A DNA stretch of 64,000 bases from Oscillospiraceae bacterium. Lineage in GTDB: Bacteria > Bacillota > Clostridia > Oscillospirales > Oscillospiraceae. Below, piece after piece: positions 1 to 8,223 of this stretch; positions within the stretch are counted from its first letter, which is position 1; each line of letters begins with the position of its first letter. A program made the translations under genes and the position numbers. The notes beneath the pieces are model-generated. The model was not told the origin of the DNA. It did no database searches and saw only the letters and a list, made by a program, of their open reading frames with translations. Location: assembly GCA_022794215.1 (NCBI GenBank), contig JAAWEH010000028.1, positions 2,636 to 66,635 of the forward strand, read 5' to 3'.

Positions 1-1048
1 CCCGCTCCACGTTGTCCCCGAAGGGGAAGAAGGCGTCAGAGCCCAAGCATACCCCGGAAACACCGTCCAGATACTCCCGCTTCTCCCGGGCAGTCAAGGG
101 CTCGGGACGGGCGGTGAAAAACCGCTGCCACTTGCCCTCATCCAGCACGTCTCCGCTCTCCTCAGCGGACATATAGAGGTCGATGGTATTGTCCCGATCT
201 GCCCGGCCAATGCCCTCCTTGAAGGGCAGCCCCAGCACCTTGGGGTGGTGGCGCAGCTGCCACAGATCGGCCTTGTTGCCCGCCAGGCGGGTGCAGTGGA
301 TGCGGCTCTGCTGGCCCGCTCCCACACCGATAACCTGTCCCCCCTGGGCGTAGCACACCGAATTGGACTGGGTATACTTCAGGGTGATAAGGCACAGGAT
401 CAGATCCCGCTTCTGCTCGGGGGTCAAATTCTTATTCTTTGTAACCACATTCTCCAGCAGGCTCTCATCAATCTTAAAGTTGTTTCTCCCCTGCTCGAAG
501 GTGATGCCAAACACATCCTTCTGCTCCACCGGGGCGGGCACGTAGGCAGGGTCGATCTGAACAATGTTGTAATTGCCCTTTTTCTTGGTCTTCAGGATGG
601 CCAGGGCCGCCTCGGTATACCCCGGGGCAATGACGCCGTCAGACACCTCGTGCTGGAGCAGCTTGGCGGTAGCTTCGTCGCATACGTCGGACAGGGCGGC
701 CCAGTCTCCAAACGAACTCATCCGGTCGGCGCCCCGGGCCCGGGCATAGGCGCAGGCCAAGGCGGTCAGCTCCACATCCCCCACAAAATACATCTGCTTT
801 AAGGCGTCGTCCAAAGGCAGGCCCAGAGCGGCTCCCGCCGGAGACACGTGTTTAAAGGAAGCGGCGGCAGGCAGGCCGGTGGCCTCCTTCAGTTCCTTTA
901 CCAGCTGCCAGGAGTTGAAAGCGTCCAGAAAGTTGATATAGCCCGGTTTGCCGTTGAGTACGGTGACAGGCAGCTGCCCACTCTTCATAAAAATGCGGGC
1001 GGGTTTTTGGTTGGGGTTGCAGCCATATTTCAGTTCCAGTTCGGTCAT
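1..1048 (-). CDS. purH: AICAR formyltransferase (stand-alone PurH C-terminal type), 3' end runs off the window
   Basis: Not in the ORF track because it is truncated. ATG at 1048 after GAAAAGGAGAG; translates MTELELKYGCNPNQKPARIF...GYINFLDAFNSWQLV...SFKHVSPAGAA...YTQSNSV...GQQSRIHCTRLAG...GSDAFFPFGDNVERA, which are AICARFT motifs. No N-terminal IMPCH domain. Confidence 0.9.
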   Translation of the reverse strand, partial: MTELELKYGCNPNQKPARIFMKSGQLPVTVLNGKPGYINFLDAFNSWQLVKELKEATGLPAAASFKHVSPAGAALGLPLDDALKQMYFVGDVELTALACAYARARGADRMSSFGDWAALSDVCDEATAKLLQHEVSDGVIAPGYTEAALAILKTKKKGNYNIVQIDPAYVPAPVEQKDVFGITFEQGRNNFKIDESLLENVVTKNKNLTPEQKRDLILCLITLKYTQSNSVCYAQGGQVIGVGAGQQSRIHCTRLAGNKADLWQLRHHPKVLGLPFKEGIGRADRDNTIDLYMSAEESGDVLDEGKWQRFFTARPEPLTAREKREYLDGVSGVCLGSDAFFPFGDNVER

Positions 1049-1122
1049 GGTTCCGCTCTCCTTTTCATGTGATATCCCGGTTTTATTCCGCTGTGGGAAC
1101 AAAGCGCCCCACTCTCTGCACC

Positions 1123-1824
1123 TTACTGGTGCTTATTGACAATAACGGTATCGCTCTCCCCGGTGGCAATATCCAGAAGCCTCACAAAGAGGGACACCTT
1201 GTTATCCCCGTTCAAAGCGGTCCAGAGCTTGTCCGCCAGCTCCCGGGCCGTCTCGTTGCCGAAGGGCACCAGCCGGGGCTCTCCGGCGAAAGAGGGCAGC
1301 GGATCCCCGTCCCCCTGATAGGTGCTGATGAAGTGTCCCCTTCCGGCCACAGGCTTGTCGTACTCAAAGAAATACCGGCAGCAGCACGCCGGATCCCCAT
1401 CCAGACTTTTAAGGATAGACAGGTTATAGGCTCCGTCGGGCTTCACCACCCCGGAAATGCGAGGGGTCCAGTTGGGGCCGTCGGGCTCAAAGGCTCGGGT
1501 ATTCAAGGCGTGCCGATAGCAGTGGCCCTGGGCCATATGATCCCGGATGGTGTCGGTCTGATCCCCGTTGGTGACGACGGTAAATCCGCTCTCCAGCACC
1601 CGCACCGGGTGGTAAATGATGAGGGAGGGATCGATCATCTTGGATTCGTCAAAAGCCTTGGTACGGATCCCGTCGGCAGTCTCCTCAAAGATCCGGTTCC
1701 GGCTATTTTCACTCCGGCCCATGATGAAATAAACCATCACCACCCGCTTATTGTCAGCGCTTCGGCCCAGGGCGATGCCGCGGCCGGGATAGGCATTGCT
1801 CTTCAGCAGTTCACAAAGCTCCAT
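1123..1824 (-). CDS. IMP cyclohydrolase, PurO-like (Ntn fold)
   Basis: YPGRGI, YFIMGRSENSRNR, TNGDQTD and TPRISG motifs of the archaeal-type IMP cyclohydrolase family; next to the AICARFT gene. Confidence 0.85.
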   Translation of the reverse strand: MELCELLKSNAYPGRGIALGRSADNKRVVMVYFIMGRSENSRNRIFEETADGIRTKAFDESKMIDPSLIIYHPVRVLESGFTVVTNGDQTDTIRDHMAQGHCYRHALNTRAFEPDGPNWTPRISGVVKPDGAYNLSILKSLDGDPACCCRYFFEYDKPVAGRGHFISTYQGDGDPLPSFAGEPRLVPFGNETARELADKLWTALNGDNKVSLFVRLLDIATGESDTVIVNKHQ

Positions 1825-1873
1825 CGTTCACTCTCTCCTTACATTTTATAATTCAAACAGTCCTTTTTCAAGC

Positions 1874-1908
1874 AAAAAGGGCGCACCACCACAAGGATGA
1901 GTGCGCCC
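1874..1908 (-). terminator. Intrinsic terminator, expression platform of the ZTP riboswitch
   Basis: GGGCGCAC-TCATCCTTGTGGTG-GTGCGCCC-TTTTT on the minus strand; its 5' arm overlaps the aptamer 3' end (CTGGGC). Confidence 0.85.
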
Positions 1909-1973
1909 AGACGGTCGGCAGGTTCCGGTGCTGCACTCCATGTGGTTCATCCACTTCCGTCAGTCATGCAGTC
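1903..1973 (-). ncRNA. ZMP/ZTP (pfl) riboswitch
   Basis: Minus strand CTGCATGACTGACGGAAGTGGATGAACCACATGGAGTGCAG...TGCCGACCGTCTGGGC fits the pfl consensus (GACTG, GTGG..CCAC, GGAG, GCCGACCG.CTGGGC); lies upstream of purO/purH. Confidence 0.9.
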
Positions 1974-1987
1974 CGTTTTCTGTTGTT

Positions 1988-2017
1988 AGAATACCATGGA
2001 AAGGCTTGCGCTGTCAA
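1988..2017 (-). promoter_or_regulatory. Internal sigma-A promoter for riboswitch-purO-purH
   Basis: TTGACA-N18-TATTCT with extended TG, directly after the purN stop. Confidence 0.6.
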
Positions 2018-2021
2018 GGCT

Positions 2022-2645
2022 TCAGACAATATGAACCCTCCGCCCCTCCACCTTTAATTTCCCGGCACAGAAGAGGGCCACGGCCTGGGGCAGCAGTTTC
2101 CATTCCGCCTCCTCCATGACCCGCTTTTGCAGGAGTTCCGGGGTATCGCCCTCCTGGATCGCCACCGCTTTCTGGAGGATGATGGGCCCTTCATCGGCCC
2201 CCTCGTTGACAAAGTGAACTGTGGCGCCCGTCACCTTCACCCCCCGCTCCAGCGCCTCCTCGTGAACCTTCAGGCCATAAAATCCCTTGCCGCAGAAGGA
2301 GGGGATCAGGCTGGGGTGAATGTTGATGATTTTGTTTTCATAGGCACGGATAAAATCTCCGTTCAAGATGGACAAAAATCCCGCCAGCACCACAAGGCCG
2401 ATCCCTCTGGCTTGTAATGCCTCCCGCAAGGCATCACAAAAGGCGCCGGTGTCGGGGTAATCCTTCCGGGCTACCACCAGAGCCTCCACCCCTGCCTTCT
2501 CCGCCCGCTCCAGAGCGAAGACACCAGGCTTGGACGCCACCACCACAGAGATCTTCCCCTCCGGGATCTCCCCCCGGGCCTGGGCATCCAGAAGGGCCTG
2601 GAGGTTGGTTCCGCCGCCGGAGACCAACACGGCAATGTTCAGCAT
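2022..2645 (-). CDS. purN: Phosphoribosylglycinamide formyltransferase
   Basis: SGGGTNLQA, LAGF, NIHPSL, GATVHFV, DEGPII motifs. Confidence 0.97.
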   Translation of the reverse strand: MLNIAVLVSGGGTNLQALLDAQARGEIPEGKISVVVASKPGVFALERAEKAGVEALVVARKDYPDTGAFCDALREALQARGIGLVVLAGFLSILNGDFIRAYENKIINIHPSLIPSFCGKGFYGLKVHEEALERGVKVTGATVHFVNEGADEGPIILQKAVAIQEGDTPELLQKRVMEEAEWKLLPQAVALFCAGKLKVEGRRVHIV

Positions 2646-3676
2646 AGCTCCACGCCCTTTTCGCCTCGCAGAATTTCGCCCATCACATAGGCCTCCTGGC
2701 CCTCGGCCTTCAGCGCGGCGACAGCCTTGTCCGCCTCTGCCGCCGGCACAATCAGAGCCATGCCCACACCCATGTTGTAGGTGTTGAACATATCCCGCTC
2801 AGGAACGTCTCCCTCCTTGGCGATAAGGTCGAAAATGGGCAGAATGTGCAGGCTGCTCTTTTGGATCTTGGCCCTCAGACCATCAGGCAGACAGCGGGGG
2901 ATATTCTCGTAGAAACCGCCGCCGGTGATGTGGCTCACCCCGTGAACCTTCACCTGCTCCATCAGCTTCAAAACGGGCTTCACATATATTTTGGTGGGGG
3001 TCAGCAGGCTCTCCCCCAGCTCCGCCCCCAGCTCAGGGACATAGCGGTGAAGATCCTTTCCCTCCAGATCGAACACCTTCCGCACCAGAGAGAAGCCATT
3101 GGAGTGGACGCCGGTGGAAGGCAGAGCCAGGATCACGTCTCCCGCCTCCATCTCGTTGATGTCCAAAATGGCGTCTTTGTCCACCGCGCCCACGGTAAAA
3201 CCCGCCAGATCATAATCCTGCTCGGGCATCATGCCGGGGTGCTCGGCGGTCTCGCCTCCCACCAAGGCACAGCCCGCCTGGACGCAGCCCTCGGCCACAC
3301 CGGCGACGATGGCCGCAATCTTCTCAGGCACATTCTTCCCGCAGGCAATATAATCCAGGAAAATCAGGGGCTTGGCGCCACAGGCCAGGATATCGTTGAC
3401 GCACATGGCCACACAGTCGATGCCCACCGTGTCATGTTTGTCCAGCAGCTGGGCAACGCGGATCTTTGTGCCCACGCCGTCGGTACCGGACACCAGCACC
3501 GGGTGGGTCATGCCGCTGAGATCCAGCTCAAAGAGGCCGCCGAAACCGCCGATGCCCCCCAGCACTCCGGGGATCATGGTTCGCTTCACATGCCCCTTCA
3601 TCAGTTCCACCGACTTGTAACCGGCGGTGATATCCACTCCGGCGGCGGCGTAACTCCGGGAAAAGCTCTTTTCCAT
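2639..3676 (-). CDS. purM: AIR synthetase
   Basis: Start at MEKSFSRSYAAAGVD; GTDGVGTK, GGETAEHPG, HITGGG, NMGVG. Confidence 0.97.
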   Translation of the reverse strand: MEKSFSRSYAAAGVDITAGYKSVELMKGHVKRTMIPGVLGGIGGFGGLFELDLSGMTHPVLVSGTDGVGTKIRVAQLLDKHDTVGIDCVAMCVNDILACGAKPLIFLDYIACGKNVPEKIAAIVAGVAEGCVQAGCALVGGETAEHPGMMPEQDYDLAGFTVGAVDKDAILDINEMEAGDVILALPSTGVHSNGFSLVRKVFDLEGKDLHRYVPELGAELGESLLTPTKIYVKPVLKLMEQVKVHGVSHITGGGFYENIPRCLPDGLRAKIQKSSLHILPIFDLIAKEGDVPERDMFNTYNMGVGMALIVPAAEADKAVAALKAEGQEAYVMGEILRGEKGVELC

Positions 3677-3683
3677 GGTTCCC

Positions 3684-5105
3684 TTACTCCTTTCCAGTCC
3701 AGCAATAGGTGCAGACTCTATCCCGGTCAATGCCGATAGCCTCCAAAAGGCTGTCCAGAGACTGATATCCCAGGGAGTCAAAGCCCAGGGACTTGCAGAT
3801 ACTCTTCAACAGGCACTGACCCCGCTGGGTGGAGGCGTCGGCATACTCATCCAGATGCTTTTGCCCCTCGTCTCCCTCCAACTCCTGCACCGTCTTTCGG
3901 GCAATAAGCTCCATGTCGGAATTGCTCCGGGAAAAATTCAAAAATTTGCAGCCGTACATAATAGGAGGACAAGCCGAACGCATGTGAACCTCCTTGGCCC
4001 CCGATTCATAGAGGAATTCCACCGTCTCCCGCAGTTGAGTGCCCCGGACAATGGAGTCGTCCACAAAAAGGAGCTTCTTACCCTCAATCAAATCCGAGAC
4101 CGGGATCTGCTTCATCTTGGCCACCTGATTGCGCACATCCTGATTGGCAGGCATAAAGGACCGCGGCCAGGTGGGGGTATACTTCACAAAGGGCCGTGCA
4201 AAGGTCTTTTTGCTCCGGTTGGCATAGCCGATGGCGTGGGGCACACCCGAATCGGGCACACCCGCCACATAGTCCACCTCCGGGACGCCTCCCCGCTCCG
4301 CCTCATCTCTGGCCATCAGTTCACCGTTTTGGTACCGCATAACCTCCACATTGACCCCCTCATAGGTGGAGTTGGGGTAGCCGTAGTACGTCCAGAGGAA
4401 CGCACAGATCTTCATTTCCTTCCCCGCCGGGGCCAATGTCTCCCAGCCGTCGGCAGTGATCTTCACGATCTCCCCGGGGCCCAGTTCGTAGGCATCATGG
4501 TAGCCCAGCTTTTGATAGGCGAAGGACTCGAAAGAGACACAGCAGCCATCCTTACTCTGCCCCACCAGGATGGGGAGCCGGCCCAGCTTGTCCCTGGCCG
4601 CAATGATCCCCTCGGGCGTCAGGATCAGTATGGTAGCCGAACCCTTTACCTGCTCCTGGGCATACCGAATGCCGGAAACCAAATCATCTTTTTTGTTGAT
4701 CAGCGCCGCAACCAGCTCAGTGGCGTTCACCTTTCCCGAGCTCATGGCCATAAACTGGTGCCCGTGATCGGAAAAATACTGCTCCACAAGAGCGTCCGCA
4801 TTATTGATAATGCCTACCGTGGCAATGGCATACAACCCCAGATGGGAGCGAACCAGCAGGGGTTGGGGGTCGGTATCGCTGATACAGCCAATGCCCGAGC
4901 AGCCGCTGAACTTGGCCAGATCCTTTTCAAACTTGGTGCGGAAAGGAGTGTTCTCAATGTTGTGGATCTGCCGCTGGAACCCCTCTTCCCTGTGGTAGAG
5001 CACCATGCCTCCCCGCCGGGTACCCAGGTGGGAGTGGTAATCCACCCCAAAAAACACATCCAAGGCCACATCCCGGTTGGCGATGGCCCCGAAAAATCCT
5101 CCCAT
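3684..5105 (-). CDS. purF: Amidophosphoribosyltransferase, variant lacking Cys1
   Basis: Start MGGFFG after AAGGAGG; PRTase loop VDDSIVRGT, VPDSG, Fe-S cysteines (CAF, ACPP, CTYC). Confidence 0.93.
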   Translation of the reverse strand: MGGFFGAIANRDVALDVFFGVDYHSHLGTRRGGMVLYHREEGFQRQIHNIENTPFRTKFEKDLAKFSGCSGIGCISDTDPQPLLVRSHLGLYAIATVGIINNADALVEQYFSDHGHQFMAMSSGKVNATELVAALINKKDDLVSGIRYAQEQVKGSATILILTPEGIIAARDKLGRLPILVGQSKDGCCVSFESFAYQKLGYHDAYELGPGEIVKITADGWETLAPAGKEMKICAFLWTYYGYPNSTYEGVNVEVMRYQNGELMARDEAERGGVPEVDYVAGVPDSGVPHAIGYANRSKKTFARPFVKYTPTWPRSFMPANQDVRNQVAKMKQIPVSDLIEGKKLLFVDDSIVRGTQLRETVEFLYESGAKEVHMRSACPPIMYGCKFLNFSRSNSDMELIARKTVQELEGDEGQKHLDEYADASTQRGQCLLKSICKSLGFDSLGYQSLDSLLEAIGIDRDRVCTYCWTGKE

Positions 5106-5116
5106 AAAGAGCCTCC

Positions 5117-5263
5117 TTATTTTTTTCGTTTGCGAAGGAATAGCAAAATAATCCCACAAACAATTCCGGCGGCTAAAAACAGTGCGAGGATCAGTCCCAC
5201 CGGGTCACCGCCGATAAAAATGGCGGTAGGGCCGTCTGCTCCGCCGATAATTCCTACGTCCAT
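5117..5263 (-). CDS. 48-aa membrane microprotein with an OadB-like GIIGGADGPTAIF motif
   Basis: MDVGIIGGADGPTAIFIGGDPVGLILALFLAAGIVCGIILLFLRKRKK*; starts 11 nt after the purC stop, and its TAA overlaps the purF SD (TAAGGAGG). Confidence 0.75.
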   Translation of the reverse strand: MDVGIIGGADGPTAIFIGGDPVGLILALFLAAGIVCGIILLFLRKRKK

Positions 5264-5274
5264 GAACTGCAATC

Positions 5275-5961
5275 TTAGGCGAAAAACAGCTCGGACAGGG
5301 TCATGGGATCAATGTACTTTCCATCCTTATAGACCCGCATGTTGCCGGAGGCGATCTCGTCGATGAGCATTACCTTGCCCTGGGTGTCATAGCCGTACTC
5401 AAACTTGATGTCGTAGAGCACCAGACCCTTCTCCTTCAGGTCGTCGGCCACGATTTTGGTGATCTTCTGGGTCATGTCCTTGATGTCGTCATACTGCTCC
5501 TCGGTCATAATGCCCAAGGCCACCAGAGCGTCCTTGGTGACCAGGGGATCGCCCAGGGCGTCGTTCTTAAAGGTGGTCTCCACATAGGCGGGCAGGTCGG
5601 CGCCCTCGGCGATATACTCGCCGTAGCGGCGGAAGAAGGAACCCACCGCCTTGTGGCGGCAGATAACCTCCAGGCCGTGGCCAAACACCTTGGCGGGCAA
5701 TACTTCCATGGTGGTATCCTTCAGGTCGGCGCTGACAAAGTGGGTCTTGATGCCGGCAGCGTTGATCTTCTCAAAGAAGTGGATGGACATACGCAGGTTC
5801 ACATCGCCCACGCCGTCGATCGTAAGGCCCACCGAGTTCTCGCCGGGATCAAAGACGCCGTCCTTGCCGGTGCAGTCATCCTTGAACTTCAGCAGGTAGT
5901 TGCCGTTTTCCAGAGCAAACACGTTCTTGGTCTTTCCGGTGTAAACAAGCTTCATTTCCAT
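5275..5961 (-). CDS. purC: SAICAR synthetase
   Basis: YTGKTK, FKDD, LEVICR, DIKFEYG, LIDEI motifs. Confidence 0.95.
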   Translation of the reverse strand: MEMKLVYTGKTKNVFALENGNYLLKFKDDCTGKDGVFDPGENSVGLTIDGVGDVNLRMSIHFFEKINAAGIKTHFVSADLKDTTMEVLPAKVFGHGLEVICRHKAVGSFFRRYGEYIAEGADLPAYVETTFKNDALGDPLVTKDALVALGIMTEEQYDDIKDMTQKITKIVADDLKEKGLVLYDIKFEYGYDTQGKVMLIDEIASGNMRVYKDGKYIDPMTLSELFFA

Positions 5962-6006
5962 GATAAGATACCTCCAAATGTTTGATTTTGTTTTCTTTTC
6001 CTTCTT

Positions 6007-6501
6007 TTATTCTGCTAACTCCGCTTGGAGCTTGGCATCCTTTTCCGCAATCTGCCGTTCCATCTCCTCTTTGGCCGCTGTCAGCTTGTCCGCCAAGCCG
6101 TCGTCCGAGAGGGAAAGGATCTGGGCTGCCAGTATCGCCGCATTCTTTGCCCCGTTCAGGGCTACCGTTGCCACTGGCACCCCCGAAGGCATCTGCACCG
6201 TGGCCAGAAGCGCATCCATTCCGTCCATGACGCCCCCCTTCATCGGGATCCCGATCACCGGCAAAGTGGTGTTTCCTGCCAGCACCCCCGCCAGGTGAGC
6301 CGCCATACCGGCGGCAGCAATGATCACTCCGAACCCATTTCCCCGGGCGTCCCGGGCAAAGCCGGCTGCCTTCTCCGGCGTCCGGTGGGCGCTGAGGATA
6401 TGGGCCTCAAAGGGGATATCCCACTCCCGCAACTGTTCTGTGGCCGCCCTGACCACCTTCCAATCGCTGTCACTCCCCATGACAATAGCAACCTTTTTCA
6501 T
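6007..6501 (-). CDS. purE: N5-CAIR mutase
   Basis: MKKVAIVMGSDSD, SAHRTP, AGMAAHLAG, QMPSGVPVATV; SD AGGAGGAG. Confidence 0.97.
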   Translation of the reverse strand: MKKVAIVMGSDSDWKVVRAATEQLREWDIPFEAHILSAHRTPEKAAGFARDARGNGFGVIIAAAGMAAHLAGVLAGNTTLPVIGIPMKGGVMDGMDALLATVQMPSGVPVATVALNGAKNAAILAAQILSLSDDGLADKLTAAKEEMERQIAEKDAKLQAELAE

Positions 6502-6516
6502 GCGTCTCCTCCTTTG

Positions 6517-6556
6517 AAAACAAAAAGGGACATGGCACTCGCGTGCCATGTCCTTT
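6517..6556 (-). terminator. Attenuator terminator in the pur leader
   Basis: GGACATGGCAC-GCGA-GTGCCATGTCC-CTTTTTGTTTT just upstream of the purE SD. Confidence 0.85.
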
Positions 6557-6657
6557 CAGTCTGCTTTGGGGCCCATATCGGCGCACTGGCCCCCCCGGGC
6601 ATGGGAGGGCAAAGCAAGGGCAAAACAGTTGCATCGCCAAAGGGAATTCCCGGTCAT
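6556..6657 (-). CDS. Putative 33-aa leader peptide (uORF) of the pur operon
   Basis: GGGAGG-N7-ATG; MTGNSLWRCNCFALALPSHARGGQCADMGPKAD*; the stop is 2 nt before the terminator stem. Confidence 0.45.
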   Translation of the reverse strand: MTGNSLWRCNCFALALPSHARGGQCADMGPKAD

Positions 6658-6689
6658 GCCCTCGCCTCCCAATCAAAAAATATGCTTTT

Positions 6690-6718
6690 ACTATATCGAA
6701 CTTTTTCCCCAAATGCAA
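6690..6718 (-). promoter_or_regulatory. Sigma-A promoter of the pur operon
   Basis: TTGCAT-N17-TATAGT. Confidence 0.7.
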
Positions 6719-6804
6719 TCTGAAAATGACCCAAAACCACATTTTCAGAGATACCCACAACCCAAAGCAAAAATCGCCGCCGCTTTTCTACATTTTCGCA
6801 AAGA

Positions 6805-6837
6805 ATCGGGCAGAAAGAGCAGCTCTTCCTGCCCGAT
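6805..6837 (-). terminator. Hairpin terminator after rpoD
   Basis: Inverted repeat ATCGGGCAG.AAGAGC/GCTCTT.CTGCCCGAT right after the stop codon. Confidence 0.7.
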
Positions 6838-6843
6838 ATCATC

Positions 6844-8223
6844 TCAATTCAAAAAGTCCTTGAGTTTCTTGCTCCGGCTGGGGTGGCGCAGCTTCCGCAG
6901 GGCCTTGGCCTCGATCTGACGGATGCGCTCCCGGGTTACGTTAAACTCCTTACCCACCTCTTCCAGGGTTCGGGTTCGACCATCCTCCAGGCCGAAACGG
7001 AGCTTCAGCACTTTCTCCTCCCGAGGCGTCAGGGTATCCAACACGTCGATGAGCTGCTCCTTTAGCAGCGTGTAGCTGGCAGCCTCGGCGGGTTCAGAGG
7101 CGTCCTCATCGGGGATAAAGTCCCCCAGATGAGAGTCCTCCTCCTCACCGATGGGAGTTTCCAGGCTCACCGGCTCCTGAGCGATCTTCAAAATCTCCCG
7201 GATCTTGCCGGTCTTATCCAGCTTCTCCTTATCGCTGAGCTTGGCCCATGCTGTACTGCCCCCGCTCATCTCCTCGGCAATCTCCTCCGGAGAGGGGTCA
7301 TGTCCCAGCTCCTGCAGCAGCTGCCGGGACACCCGGATGACCTTGTTGATGGTCTCCACCATATGAACCGGGATCCGGATGGTTCGGGCCTGATCCGCAA
7401 TGGCCCGTGTAATGGCCTGACGAATCCACCAGGTGGCATAGGTGGAGAATTTGAAGCCCTTTACATAGTCGAACTTCTCCACCGCCTTGATCAGCCCCAG
7501 GTTGCCCTCCTGGATAAGATCCAGGAACAGCATACCCCGGCCCACATACCGCTTGGCGATAGAGACCACCAGCCGCAGGTTGGCCTCGGCCAGCCGCTGC
7601 TTGGCCCGCTCACCTTCCCTTACGGTTTTTTCCAGAGCGGCGCGCGTCTCTTCATCCAGATCCTCCCCCGCTTCCTCCAGGGTGGCGGCAGCCTCCATGC
7701 CCAGGCCCATCTGCTGGGCCAGGGCCACCTCCTCCTCGCTGGTAAGCAGATCTACCTTACCGATCTCCTTCAGGTACATCCGCACCGGATCGTCCACTCC
7801 GAAGGTGTCGGCCAGCGTATTGGGATCCACCACCTCTTCCTCGGGGACTTCCTCTACCTCGTCCAGCTCCTCCGGCGGCGGCACCAGATCCACATCCGAC
7901 AAATCGTCCAGATCAGGCAGATCCTCCTCGTCTCCCGCGGTGTCAATGCCCAGGTTCTCCATGATGTCATAGATCTTGTCCATCTGGTCGCTTTCCAGGT
8001 TCAGTTCATCCAGAACCTCCATCATCTCAGAGGCAGACAGCCGGCCCTTCTTCTTGCCCTTGTCCAGCAGCTCGGCCACCTTTTCCGCGCCGGGTACCCC
8101 CTCCAGAAGATGGAGCAGTTCGGTCTTGCCAGCCTCCACCTGCTCGGCAGAGAGGGCCATCAGGGACGGCTCTTTCCCCTTTGTATGCTTGTCCACTGCT
8201 TTGCTGTTCTTCTTCTCGCTCAT
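6844..8223 (-). CDS. rpoD: Primary sigma factor SigA/RpoD
   Basis: [65 protein letters not shown]. Confidence 0.98.
   Translation of the reverse strand: MSEKKNSKAVDKHTKGKEPSLMALSAEQVEAGKTELLHLLEGVPGAEKVAELLDKGKKKGRLSASEMMEVLDELNLESDQMDKIYDIMENLGIDTAGDEEDLPDLDDLSDVDLVPPPEELDEVEEVPEEEVVDPNTLADTFGVDDPVRMYLKEIGKVDLLTSEEEVALAQQMGLGMEAAATLEEAGEDLDEETRAALEKTVREGERAKQRLAEANLRLVVSIAKRYVGRGMLFLDLIQEGNLGLIKAVEKFDYVKGFKFSTYATWWIRQAITRAIADQARTIRIPVHMVETINKVIRVSRQLLQELGHDPSPEEIAEEMSGGSTAWAKLSDKEKLDKTGKIREILKIAQEPVSLETPIGEEEDSHLGDFIPDEDASEPAEAASYTLLKEQLIDVLDTLTPREEKVLKLRFGLEDGRTRTLEEVGKEFNVTRERIRQIEAKALRKLRHPSRSKKLKDFLN

Noticed and set aside
6502-6690. Known purine or PRPP (ykkC) riboswitch before purE
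   Set aside because: Lacks TATAAT..GATATGG..GTTTCTACC (purine) and CTAGGGTTCCG..ACACC (ykkC) cores; reported as an unknown leader instead.
6692-6706. TATCGAACTTTTT resembling a B. subtilis PurBox (CGAA core) in the pur promoter spacer
   Set aside because: Single partial match with no second box; too weak to call PurR regulation.
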